A stretch of DNA of 63,206 bases, filler included, from Ministeria vibrans ATCC 50519 (Eukaryota; Protista; Filasterea): the NCBI GenBank assembly GCA_943704425.1. It is 4 parts of 4 records of this genome, joined end to end, with 100 filler letters (N's around TTAATTAATTAA, not from the genome) between each part and the next. Parts side by side here need not be neighbours in the genome. Positions count along the whole stretch, not along the records: positions 27,513 to 55,735 come from CALSCP010001513.1; 3 more parts are not named here. One strand, 5' to 3'. Below are positions 39,171-51,812 of this stretch, piece after piece. A program made the translations under genes and the position numbers. Below the pieces are notes generated by a model. That model worked only from the letters and a program-made list of their open reading frames with translations. It did no database searches and was not told the origin of the DNA. The stretch's first letter is position 1. Each line of letters begins with the position of its first letter.

Positions 39171-40759
39171 NNNNNNNNNNGCCCGCGCGCGTCTCGTTTG
39201 TATCAAGAGTCTTCGTGACAGGACCGTCTTCGTCGTACCAGCCGTAACTGTCCTCTCTCCCTCTTGTCAGTCAGGAAAAGTGTTGGGTACCGGCAGTGAG
39301 TTCTTGACGTTCCTTGTTGGTCAGTTGGAGGGATTTGTTGAAGATGGCGGTTTGGAGACAGGCGCGTGCGTGAACACCTGCACGCATGACAATCTGGTGG
39401 TGATTCTGCATCAGAGTTGACTAAGACGGGTGGAAGGAAAAGATGAGCATTGCAGGATTGGGACTCGTGAGTGCAATAGATTTCTACTTGAAGACAGTTT
39501 CCGAGGAGAAGAACGCCAATGAGGACAAATCCATTGGCAAAAAAAGCCGAGAGGGTAAGGATGGAGGAAGGAGCGCGCACGGAGGAGGAGTGATGTGGCA
39601 GATGTTGCTGTTGGACAGTGGTGACGTAGGTGACGATGCCATTGAGGCAGATAGGACCCAGGAATGCAAGGAGGTTGCCGGCAAGCATGCAGCCAAGAGC
39701 AATGACCATGGGCTTCCAGAAGCACTGAGCAAGCGCTGTCCAAAGCGAGCGCTTCTTGTGTTCGTGGGGCATGGCTGAGTGTCGCCAACGACGGTCAAAG
39801 TCGGCGTAGAGCGACGCGGCAATGTCGGCGGGCGGCAGACGGCCCAGGTCGGTCTGTTCCAGTGGGGCTCGGTAGCCCTTGCGGATAGTGGGCACCATGA
39901 AGGAGAAGGTGACGTACGAATAGAAGTTGGCACATGCGTCGCGGAAGACGAGGGGTAGCGTACGGGTATCTTCGCCATTTTGGTCTCGTTGGGGTCGGAG
40001 ACCACGACGGGGTGCGGCAAGCAGTGTGACCAGTTCCATGACAATGAGAGAGAAGCAGAGAATTGCAAAGGCAAGGTAGTTCCAAAACCGAATGTCGTCG
40101 TCGTACTTGGGGATGGCAACCACGATGCGGTGGGTCAGGGCGGACGCACCGAGAGACATGGCGAGCCAGGCCGGGAGAAGGGCAATCATGGTCGTGGAGC
40201 GACGCACCAACTCACAGTGGTGGCACGTAACGAGCGAGAAGATGAAAGCAATAAAGAGGACAATGGGGGTGAGGAGTGCGTGGATGGGTGTGGCGCTTGC
40301 GGAACCAAACGAGAGGATGTTGGCGGCGAACATGACGAGCGTAAGCACAAGCAAGAGAAAGACGACAATCCAACGGGCGTTGTGGACGGGCGTGTGCCAG
40401 GAGCGGGCGTAGTCGTCATCGTAGACGGAATACGACGCGGAGGTGTCGCTCGTGGCGAGGAGACGCTCGCTCTCGCCGGGATTGACGCTCAGCGCGCGCG
40501 TCGTGTGTTTCGTGCGTGTTTTGCGTTGCACACAGATGAGCGTAGCGAGAGTCACCACGGCGACGAGCAAGGCCGCCCCATCAAAGAGGACGCTGTCGAC
40601 AAAGCATGGCGTCAGCTGCCGCGTGCCATCGACGACCGTAAGGGGTCCCTAGACGAACCCCAAAAATTAGTGTGATGAACTTGTTTTTTTTTTTTTTTCT
40701 TTTTTTCTCTTTTTTGTTTCCATTCATACAAATCCCTCGGGGCCACAATAGGACGCCAT
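34579..40759 (-). CDS. Long ABCC transporter with TMD0, sulfonylurea receptor (ABCC8/9)-like
   Basis: MASYCGPEGF|GPLTVVDG..PCFVDS; WHTPVHNARWIVVFLLL; LGRLP; FFANGFVL; TAGQIANHMSTDT; NBD1 GAVGSGKSS, TEIGERGVNLSGGQ, FDDPLSALD; DYWLSEWS; NBD2 GRTGAGKSS, FSVGQRQL, LDEATASVD. Confidence 0.88.
38950..39070. repeat. Intronic ~28-bp minisatellite, about 4 copies
   Basis: The unit TTCTCTCTCACCCATCATAGATGAAAAT repeats imperfectly inside an ABCC intron. Confidence 0.8.
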
Positions 40760-41038
40760 CGATGCCTGTGCAAGTGAGTTTAGATGTGAAGGATCTGGAG
40801 TACAAAATAAACACTGAATAATTTTGATTGTTGCGTTTTGGCTTTTGATAATAATTTATGATCTCTACTGAAGTTCAAAAATCAAAATTCAATTATTCAA
40901 ACGTTTTAACTCTCACTCGTTGGTTCAGCGGTTGCATAGCGAGATCGCAAACAGAGACACAGAGAGAGAGTGTGTGTGTGTGTGAGCAGAGCGTAGTGAG
41001 GAGCGACGCGGCGTACTCGGTATCTGTTTTCGCGCTGC

Positions 41039-42709
41039 ATGGAACGTGCGCGAGACATGCTGCGCAGTCCGTCGATGACGCACCCGGGCGCACGCATTGT
41101 GGTCCATCCGGAGGAGGCTGAGGCCAAGGCGTCCAAGCTGTCCCCGCTCAAGAAGCACTGGTTCCTCATTGGAATCTTCGTGGTCATCACCCTGGCCAAT
41201 ATGGCGCCGTACGTGGGCGCGAAAGGTATTTGCGAGCGGTTATCAGTGTCGTGTCAGAGAGAGAGAGAAGCGCTTTGAATGCGCGCTGTTTACGGTTGCT
41301 GCCGGCGCCGACTGGGTTCCCACGCTCCTCTAATTCCGCCCTGGGGTGCATGTAGGAGGCCCGCTTGTCCCGGAAATCACCATCAAGTACATTGCCGTGT
41401 CCTTTATCTTTTTCAACAGTGGTCTCTCACTTCCGTCCGACCAGCTCCACAAAGCCATCTTCAACGTCCGTGCCCATGCCTTCATCCAGCTCTTTACCAT
41501 GGTTGGCATTCCCATCGCCATTCGCTTTCTCGTCTATCTGCTTGGGTAAGACACGAAGCGAAGGACCGACACAGACTGTGTGTGTCGCTGGCACGGCACA
41601 TGCACTGCTCTACACCTCCTCCTCACCTTCTCGCCATCTCTAGCGCAACGTCATTGTTGGACCCGGCGCTTCTCAGCGGGCTTATGGTTCTGGCGTGCAT
41701 GCCTCCGCCAGTCTCGTCGGCCGTCATCGTCACCAAGGCAGCCGGCGGCAACGAGGCCCTTGCCATCTTCAACTCGGCTCTCGGCAGTTTTCTGGGCATT
41801 TTCGCGACTCCCTCGCTGATTCTCTTCTTCCTGGGTAAGGCGCAACACATTTTTTTGACGAAGAGGAGAGAGAGAGAGAGAGAGAGTAAGAGTCTAAGAG
41901 AATTGAGAGAGAGAACGGAGTGAGTGAGTGAGAGAGTATGGGTGCGTCTGACTGTGTTTGTATCTGTTTGTCTGCGTGTGTGTGTGTATGTATGTATGTA
42001 TGTGTCTATGTGTGAGAGGTACTCATAGTTCTTTTTTGAAAGGGACAACTGCGGAAGTGCCCTTTGGGAGCATCATTGGAACGCTGATGATGACTGTGGT
42101 GGTGCCATTGCTGGTGGGGCAGCTGGTGCGAGTGCGGTACTGGACGCGAGTAATTGAGCCGATGGGGATTCCGTTTAGCACGCTGAGTGGCCTCATGCTG
42201 CTGCTCATCATCTACGCTGCCTTCTGCGACACGTTTAGCCACGAATCGTCGCTGCCAGCCACGCAGCTGCTCACGATCGTCTTTATTGATTCCTTTCTTA
42301 TCCTCTCCTTCACTGCCATTGCCTTTGTCATCTCCTTTCGCCTCTTGGCCTTTCCGCGTCCCGATGTTGTTGCCGCCATGTTCTGTTCCTCGCACAAGTC
42401 ACTCACACTCGGTAATAAGCAAACCATCACACAAGCAGCACCGCACGACAAAATGACAACCGTCAAGCAACCCATTATCTCCCTATTACCACCACCCAGA
42501 ACAGCCACTCATACACTCTTATCCGTTTCCTAGGCATGCCTATCCTGTCCATCATCTACTCGGGCCGTCCCGAGCTTTCCTTGCTCTCCATCCCTCTTCT
42601 CATGTACCATCCTCTCCAGATCCTCATCCATGGCATCATGGTTCCCTTTGTCCGTCCTTTCCTTGCTGCTTCGCCTCTTCTTCCCCTCACCACTGTATCC
42701 CCTGTATAA
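41039..42709 (+). CDS. SLC10A7: Sodium/bile acid cotransporter 7-like (SLC10A7/RCH1), multi-exon
   Basis: [11 protein letters not shown]|[73 protein letters not shown]|[15 protein letters not shown]. Start could be 41039, 41057 or 41075. Confidence 0.92.
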
Positions 42710-42762
42710 CATACATACATACACTCACACGCTCTTTCTACATAAAAATAATAAGCATTCCT

Positions 42763-45758
42763 TCACTTCATTTCACTCTTGGCGCGTTTCTTCAACTTGG
42801 CAACCAACCTCTGCACTTCTGCCTCTCCTTCTCCCTCTCCTTCTCCCTCTCTCTTTCGCTTTTCCTTCCTCCCCTCACTCCCTCCTCCCTCTCTGCGCTT
42901 CCGTCGCTCTCCCATCACCTTCTCCATATTCTTCGTCTTCTTAAACTCCGCTGAAGTCGGATCCAGCGCAAACTCGCTCGATGAGAACAGCGCTGAAAAC
43001 CGCTCGTCCTTCAAATCCACCTCAAACCCATCTTCGCCCTTTTCCTCCTCCGCCGACTCCTTTCCCTTCTTGTTCTTCTTCTTCTTGTTCTTCTTCTCCT
43101 TGTTCATAATGTCCTTCAAGTCAAAATGTGCCTTGTTCCCCTCCGCTCCCTCTTCCATCATCAGCAGTTCCAGTCCCTCTCGCTCCTTCCGCTCCTCCTC
43201 CGTCTCCTCCTTCGCCTCCTCGCCCTTTGTCTTCTTACTCTTCTTCTTCTTTTTCTTGTCCTTTTCACTCGTACTCTGCTCCATCCTTCGCATATTCTTC
43301 AGTTCCTCTGCAAAATACGGATCATTGGCGAACCGTTCATCGTCACTCTCCTCCTCCTCGCTACTACTCCCCTGCTCTTTCTCCTTCTTCTTTCCCCGCT
43401 TCTTCTCCCTCCGCTTCTTCTGCACCTTCTCCCACACACTCAACTCCTTGTCCTTCTCACGCTCTTCCTTCCGTTTCACTGCATCGCTCACTTTCTCGCG
43501 CAGCGCCGGTGTAAAAGTGATCTCCATATCTCCCTCTTCTTCTTCTTCTTCTCCATTTCCCCACTCTCTTTGCTGCTTCTTGTTTTGCTTTTCAAGTTCC
43601 TACACACAGAGAGCAACTGAGACAACAACAAACAACAGCGGCAAAAACTAAGCAACAATCTACCTTGGCGTGTTGAAGCAAATCCTTCATTGCGGCAGTG
43701 CGTCTCTCACGCGCACTCAGGCCGACTCCTTCCTCCTCCTCTGCACTGTCCGACGACGACGAAAGGTACTCTTGCAGGTCTGCATTTAGCATATCATCCT
43801 ATTAAAAGAGTTTGAGAGAAAGAGATGTTGAAAGAGAGTTCGAGAGTGTATGAGAGAGTTTGAGAGGATGAGTGAGAAAGTTTGAGGGAGAGAGAGTTTG
43901 AGGGTGTGTGAAAGAGTTTGAGGGTTTGAGATACATAAGTATATATAGAGGGAGAGATTTTCACTCATCAATGATGAGTGGCACACACACTCACACTCTT
44001 GTTTCGTTTATCCCTCTTTCAAACGAACCTTTGAGAAGTGTCGAGTGAGCTTCTCGAGGCGCTCGCGTTCAGCCGGTTCACCTTCATCCCACGTAATGGC
44101 GACTCTGCTTTGCTGAAGGCTCTTCGTGTAAAACGAGTGGGGAGTGTAGCCCGACGGAACAGAAGTGCAACTCTCGCGGGGGGTCTGATCAAACTCAGTG
44201 TCCTATGTGAACAATTCCATTGTAATTAATTGATTCAGCGTGTGTGTGCGTGTATGTGTGTGATACGTTAGGAATGAAGCGCAGGTCGAATTCATTTGAG
44301 GACGTTTCGAATTCAAGACCATCGCATGCGGAGTAGAGTGACTGTGCAGTGGCCACTGTGTCGCACTCGACGACAGCGTAGAAGTACCGCATGCGACGCA
44401 CCTGCGCACAGACGCGTTAGTAGTGCACCACAGTGTGACATGAACAAATAGTGCAGAGTGGGTGAATTGGCGAGTGCAAAAAATGAGTGCATAGAATCAA
44501 ACTACGACTCTCTCTCTCTGTGACTTCGTGTGTCTCTGACCTGATACCGGCGCATCACCAAATCCTCCACTTCCTTCTCATTGCTTTTGTCCTCCTTTAC
44601 TTCCGGAATCGGCAGTCCCTCATCTTCACTAAAATTATTATACACAAAACAATTTTAAAAACTTCGCCTTTTTCTTTCTCTCCTTCGAAACCTGTCACTG
44701 CCCATCATTGGACCAATTTCCTGCTCCTTGGCCATGCACCTCTGTCCATAGTCAGACGGGTAAATTGTCACCTTTCGAATCACTCCCTGTCGCAAAAAAA
44801 AAAGAAGAATCAAAACAACGATTTCCTTTCTCCATTGCGCTTTTACCTGATCAGATTTAAACGATGAGAAGATGGCAAACAGATCCACTGCTCGCACTGA
44901 ATCCCAGTCAAGATTGCACACTGCCAATCGTGACGTCGCTTCTTCTGTCAACTCAACCCTACCACAGAATAGTACACCCAATTAGCAAAACAGAATTGAG
45001 ACTCTGTCTCATCGACTGACTTTTCTCCGTGCGCGTAAGCCCACACTTCATCGTAGAGCTGCGGATCAATCTCGGGCGCATCGTCGTCGGCGCCATCGTC
45101 GTCGTCGTCGGAAGAGTCTTCGTCGCTGTCGTCTTCGTCCGATGAAGAGACAAGTCCTTCGCCACGCGCATAGTCAGGCGCTTCGTCGTCCTTCTCTGCA
45201 TCATCGTCATCCTCATCGTCATCCTCATCCTCATCATCATCGTCGTCGTCCTCCCCCTCCTCATCGGCAGTCTTCTGCGTGCCTTTGGACTTTGCTTTGG
45301 GCACTTCGTCGTCATCTTCGAGACTGTACAATAAATGTGCATGTGTCAAAAGTTCACTCGTGTTGTCGTTCTCTCTTCGCTCGTGCTCCCACTTACGCGT
45401 AGTAGCGCTGCAAGTCGTCTTGAGTGTGGCTGCTACGCACCTTCTTCCCGCGTTTGTCCACAGAGGCTACGCAAAACGCACCAAGCCGAAAAACGTGTGA
45501 GGAACACACGCGAAAAACGAAAAAGTCCATGTGGCACGACAGCGGCCTGCTTGATCGCATCCAATCTCTTACACTGCGACACAAAATCCTTGTCCTTGAA
45601 CATTCCCTCAAAGCGCTTGTCGATTTTCACTTTGTGTTGTTGTCGGCGCGGTTGCTACAGAGCGGAGTGCCGGGTCAGTTTAGCATTCGCCCCACACTGC
45701 GCCAAAGACTCACTTTGAAACGCGCATCCCGCGCAACATTGAACCGATCGTCAGGCAT
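42763..45758 (-). CDS. ESF1: Pre-rRNA processing protein ESF1, multi-exon
   Basis: [81 protein letters not shown]153-type [18 protein letters not shown]. Confidence 0.93.
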
Positions 45759-45879
45759 GATACAATACGAGTCACGAAAATCACGAAAATGAAAATTATG
45801 ATCAAAGTACGAGTCAATAATTTGCGAACTCAAGTCAAAGGAGTGGAGCTGCATTGAAAAGGAAAACGACAGTGCCATC

Positions 45880-46040
45880 CTAAGGGCCCGGTCCGGGGCA
45901 GCAAGAGATGTGGCAGTTGTCAGGGCAGGTAACCGTCTTGTAGTAGCTGAGGTAGACATGCATGGTGGCAAAGGCGTATGTGCCGGGCCAGTGGCACGAC
46001 TTGTCGCAGAAGTTGTCGCACATGAGCGAAGGAAGCAGCT

Positions 46041-46103
<63 letters not shown>

Positions 46104-47406
46104 GAGAGAGAGAGAGATTGAGAGTTTGCGAGAGAGAAGAGAAGAGAAAAAATAACATTATGGAGAAACAATGAAAACGAAAGATCAGAGACAAGAGAGA
46201 GCAAGTGAATGTAAACTGTACCGAAACTGGATCCCACATATGGCCATTGAAGAGCGATTGCTATAGATACACAATCATAATAAATGAGAAGAAGAAGAGG
46301 AAGACAAAGAAATAATAATAATAAAATATTATAATAATAATTAAGAAAATCATTATTGTTAATTATTATCTTCAGGGTACCCTAGCGTCATACCTGTGCG
46401 GTGGTTGCAGTGAAAAAGAAGGCGTTGATGAGGCCCGTGCCGTTGTTGTAGTCATTGTACATGAGCGTCACGGGGACCAGGTTGCCCGCATCCCAGGACA
46501 TGGCTGGTCCTGCATACAGATGTCCTTTCCCGTGAGCAACTTGTATTCATACACGTCATATTCGTACCGGTGGAAATGTCACGGAACCAATGGGTGCCCA
46601 TGGTCGAGAAACAGCTTCCTTTGGTCCAGCCGGCAGCGAGTGCCTCCTTGTCGGTGGTGGGAAGAGGGTAGTTGAGGGCACCCTGGTTGAGCACAAGTTG
46701 GTTGCCGAGCGTGAGCGAGGGATCGGCTGCGCCAGAACACATGGCCGAGGGCACGCGAAACGACACACTCATGTAGTGGTTGCCGTTGGCCAGCGGGATA
46801 AGGAAGCCTTTTGCGACCATGTTGGCCTAAGTGAGGGTGGAACACAAGAGTGAGGTGTTTGCCTTCTCCCCTTGTCGTTGCTAAACCAAGCGTACCTCGA
46901 CCTTGCCGAACACTTCGACACCCATGCCGGACACCTGGCCAGCAGAGGTGAAGTACAGGGTCACCGGCGCGTCCTTGGTAGGCCCTCCCTGGACGCTCGC
47001 ATAGGCAATTCCGAGGCTGGGGTTGCACGTCGAATTGTAGGCGGACCAGCCCATTGTGGCGGCCGCCGCGGCGGTCACAGGCATGTCATCGTACTGAGTG
47101 TACTCTCGGTGAAGCTGGTTTCCAATGTTTACCGGCGTGAATTGAGCTATGGGGACACGAGGAAAAAGTTCAAAATTAACACTGGATGACAAAAAACAAA
47201 AAAAAACCCCACACTGGTTTGTCAACAAGACACCAACACGCCAGTGGATGACCAGGGACACACTGCTGAAGGAGTGTCTGCTGGCCTTCCACGGACCGCC
47301 GCGCGTCGAGTGGTTTTGATGGAATGGGAGACACTCTATTACCTGAAACCGAATGTGAAACCGACGCGCTCACAAGAGCCACTGCCAGCACGAGATACGT
47401 CTTCAT
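45880..47406 (-). CDS. Secreted Cys-rich protein of unknown function with internal P.T...A...GW repeat, about 6 exons
   Basis: Signal peptide MKTYLVLAVAL; MPVTAAAAATMGW..C and LPTTDKEALAAGWTKGSCFSTMGTHW; C-terminal MCDNFCDKSC..TMHVY..CPDNCHISCC. Confidence 0.75.
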
Positions 47407-48137
47407 TGCACGCTGAGTGATGAGAATTTCTGATGTTCTGAAGTTTCTGAATGATCCATTGGGATGGTAAGGCGCTGTGAGGACTGATGCGAAGGACGGA
47501 CCTTTTTTGATCGCTGAATAAAATCGACCTAAGTAAGGGAGAAAGAGTCGCAATGGCTCTGCTCACAGCGGGTTCCCTCAAGGCCTTTATGAACGGACGT
47601 ATCGTACAATGTGCATTCCAGGCTACGATCCGTTGTGCCAAAGTTCGTTCTCTACATCTCTTTTACTCTCTGGCAGTTTTTTGAGGGTTGTCCACTCAGA
47701 ATTATTGAGGGTTGATTTTGAAATTAATTTTGATCACTATTCATTTTTCGCCCAGACACAGTGACACTCTTTTCTCTCTTCCTCTTCCTCTATTTGCTGG
47801 GCACGCCCCACTTTCCTTTCGTGCACCCCCTCCCCCCTGGTGTCCACTCTCCCTCGACTGCTTCTGAGAGACTCTTTAAGCGACTTTCGTCTTTTTTTCG
47901 TCTCGTCACTCTCTTGGACACCATGTACGCAACTGCGATCGCTCTGCGTGATCGCCTGCTTCCACATGGAGCGAAACCGACTACTCTTCAACCGTCTTCC
48001 GGCAAGCCTCCTTCAAAATTTACGAAATGTCGAATGGGACTGGACGATTTTTCCGAAGAAAAAAAAAAAGCAAAACGAAACAAATTTGCAATTTGCGTTT
48101 GCCAACAAGGACTTTAGCCATCTGCCGGCTTGCATCA

Positions 48138-51100
48138 ATGGCCCAAGTGCCTGATACGTGGTGGGTCTGCGCTTGTCGTGCGTCTAGGGCGTGGGGGTTT
48201 GGCATTTGACACTCTTTGCTTTGATCTCTCTTTTCCACTCACTGCTGTCGTCCCTCTCACGCGTCCCCTCGCCCTCTCACTCCCGCCAACGCCACCATGC
48301 GCATCCTTCACACCCTTCTCTTTACCCCTACTCCCTTTCGACTCACTTTTTTCTTCTTTTTTTTTCCCGTCTTTGTTTTTCTTCAAAGGGCCCCTCACAT
48401 TAATCTCGCTATGTACGACCTACTGTCCCGCCTTGTTAGCGCATCGGTTGCCTTGTTCAACGAGTGGCACCCCGTACGTCACCAGGGAGAGAGGGAGAAG
48501 GAGAGAGAGAGAGAAGGAGAAGGAGAGATGAAGAGCAGAATGAGAGATCAATAATAACAGAGGCTCTCTCTCTTTTTTTCCCTTTCTTCGCTTTTGTTTC
48601 TGGGGATGACTCGATCGCCCCCTAACCCCCCCCACGGCAACAATACGCTCGTGCCATTTGCCACCTTTGGCTTTCTCTTTTTTGTTTTTCTTGTGCCTGT
48701 CACTTATGTCATACCCCAAACATGTAATTGTAGTAGTATAATTATATAGGCTCACAAGATTTTTTTGGTTTGATTCTCTTCCTACTGTACTCTAATATGA
48801 TTTCTGTTGCTCATCTTGTTTTTTTTTTTTGTTACAGATCCAAGAGGTCTCTCATGAAGGCGACGTGTATCACATACACATTATGCTCTGCCAGCCTCGA
48901 GAGGGAGAGAGCCTCAACGAACTGGAAGGTCGTCTGCAGGGCATTCTTGTGGACCTGCAGGAAAACTGGACGAACCCTCAACAGTTCATGCCAGAGGCAA
49001 AAGCCATCTACGACCGCTTTGTCCAGGCGGCCAGCAAGCAAGGCTACGCGCGCGATGGACGACCAGAGTTTCTCAAGGGTGAGTACGAGGGTGAACTGAA
49101 GTTCAAGCTCGAGTGTGCGGGTGGCGTGAGGCGACAAGCAAAGCAAGACAACCTCACCTTCCCGCCACCGCGCTGCCATATCAAACTCCTCGGACGTCCT
49201 CAGAAAGACAGCATTGTAAGTAGAAATGAGCATTCATTGAAAACACACCCAATTTTAAAATCAATTTGAATCTTGTGTTTNNNNNNNNCCTTCAGGGTCA
49301 AGAAGGCCAAGGAGAAAACTCGCGGCTTGACCAAGACTGCGGCGGCCCAGGCGTCGCAGAGTGAGGACAATATGTTTTGCAAAGAAAGGGGGATGAAACG
49401 GCTGGATGCGGAGCCTCAGCAGAGAGAGTGCGATCAGGAAGAGTGGGAGAGGAGTAGCCAACTGAAGCTTCAGGAGTTTGGCGTCGATCCTAACATGTTG
49501 GGTGAAAATCCATTCATCATTCCACCACAGCAGCCGCAGCCGCAACCGCAACCACCACAACCACAGCCGCCGCAGCCGCAACCGCAACCACCACAACCAC
49601 AGCCGCATTCAGACACCAATTTACCACTAGTGGGTGGTTCGGTCAATAGCGTCAGTCCGTTGACTGTTGGCCAACCCGACTTCGACGCATCGTTCTTGGC
49701 CAACGAGGACGTTGAGCTGTGCTTTCCTGACCTAGCCATTTACGCCACACTCAACCAGGAGGGCACTTCAGACACCAGCGATATCGTCACAAAACTTCTT
49801 AATGCCTTGGACTCTCCTCCGGTAAAAAGATATAATTTTATTATATTTTTATATCATGATTTTGTTATTATTACCAAGCAAATTCACACCTCTCTCTCTA
49901 TCACTTTGTTTCTTTCACTCTATCACTTTGTTTCTTTCACTCTACCACTTTTTTTTCTTTCTCTCCCTTCTCTGGTGTGTGCGTGTGTGTGTGCCTTACC
50001 TTTTTGTTTCTCTTCCACATTCGTTTTGTTCAGGTTGATATGGAAGACATTGCGTCCACCTCAAGTGCCATGTTGTTTGCAGGCTCACCCTGCAGCATGG
50101 CGTCGTCGTCATCCTCCTCGTCGTCGCTTCAGTCCTCTTCCCCGTCTTCATCGTCGTCCGGGTTGCCTTCTGCCTCGTCGTCTGGCATTGCGGTAAATGT
50201 GAGCAATAATGATCCCTTTTTTGTTTTGATTTTTTTTCTTTTTTTTTTTGTAGCTACCTGTTGATGCAAGGGCAACGGCTATCTCGGTCGAGATTTCTGA
50301 AATAGATTTTTGTGATATTATAGCGACCATCGCGGAGGGCTTGGCAAGCCCCCGGGTTGCACCCGAGTCGCCGGACGACCGACGCTCACGCAGTCTAGAG
50401 CCGGTGCGCCCTCTCGTTCCCTCTGGTGGTGGACCCTCTCCTCCTCCGCCTGGCGCTGGCTCTGCATCGGCATTTGGCGCTGCATCTGCATTTACATCTG
50501 GCCCTGCACCTACATCCTCGTCAGGCAGTGTTGCTGGAACTGGCAGTGGCAGTGGCAGTGATGGTGCAACGGACAGTGGCAGTATGGACGTGGACGACCG
50601 TGGCAGTGACGACCAAGGTGGCAGCATGGACGTGGACGAAGGTGGCAGTGTAGACGATGACAATGTTGCGGACAGTACCAAAACACCCGACGGTCGCCCA
50701 CAAGCCATGGGTGCCAGTCAATCTTTACATGCCAGGTTCCAGCCCATGGGCGCTGCAATGGGCACCTCGAGTTCTCGCTGTACGTCATTCGTCCACAAGA
50801 CGGCATACTCATGCTCACACACACGCACACACTCTCTCTCTCCCTCTCTCTTTCTTGTTCTAGCCCCTCACATGAATTTCGCGGACAAACACAAACACGA
50901 TCAGGTCACACGAGTTTCCCACTCTGGTAAAAATTTCACACAAACTACCCAAGCATTCGACTAATCAACTGGGTTTTTTCTTCATTTTTTCATAGAGTCC
51001 GTTCCGCTTTTGGGCGACCTAATGGCACAGCGAGGATGCAGCGGTACAACAGCACACTCTCATCTATCATAGCCCCTGTTGTCTTTTCCGCTCACTTCCA

Positions 51101-51676
51101 TCTTTCTTAGACCTTGTACGGCGCGAAAACTCAGCACCGGCTGGTTCCCAACAGTCACTTGACCATTCCCAACAGGTTTCAACCAGACTCATTCCGACCC
51201 CATCTCACTCTCTCGTTCAACTTCTTTTCTAGACTGTGTACTTGTGTGGACGGCACGTCGTTGGGGACTTGTCCGCCTCTGAGATGATGCATAACCTTAC
51301 GCACCTCGCGAATAACTCGGCAACTGAGGAGAAGAAACTGAGCACCCTCGTCACTGCCAATGCCTACCTTGCCCGTCTCCAAGTCCTCGCCGACTTGCCT
51401 GACTTTGCCCGTCTCCTCTACCGTCTTCTTGTCATCATTAACGCTGGCCGTCTCACCTTTACCAATTCCGCCCCGGTGATGGTGCGCAACGGCACCTTGT
51501 CACTCATCGCTGACAACGGAGTGTTCATCACCATTGCTCCTCACGTACGTATCACCCTCTCTGTCTCCACTCTATTCTTATTCTGTACTCTTCCTTAGTC
51601 TGACTCGACGCTACAATTCTTCATCTCGCGTTTGTCCAAGGAGGTTCTGACAACACTGAAAAACGCCCAAAAATAA
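48138..51676 (+). CDS. Gene A: novel domain X, then Q/P-, Ser- and Asp-rich low-complexity region, then novel domain Y
   Basis: Phase-consistent exons 48138-48157, 48389-48473, 48838-49215; further exons across an 8-N gap near 49281 (junction phase unresolved); last exon EVLTTLKNAQK* ends at 51676. Middle exons are approximate. Confidence 0.7.
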
Positions 51677-51812
51677 AGAAGAAAGAATGGGCGTGTAGTG
51701 CGCCTTCGGTGCAGAGCCTGGGATCTACTCGAATTTTATCATACCCTATATATCAAACAATAAAAAGGCCAAACAATAGAAAATAAATAGAGAATCAAGA
51801 GCTGTACTCAGA

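Noticed and set aside
42779-43651. Long Phe/Ser-rich plus-strand ORFs and other antisense ORFs
   Set aside because: Shadows of the Lys/Glu-rich ESF1 exon and of GC-rich coding exons.
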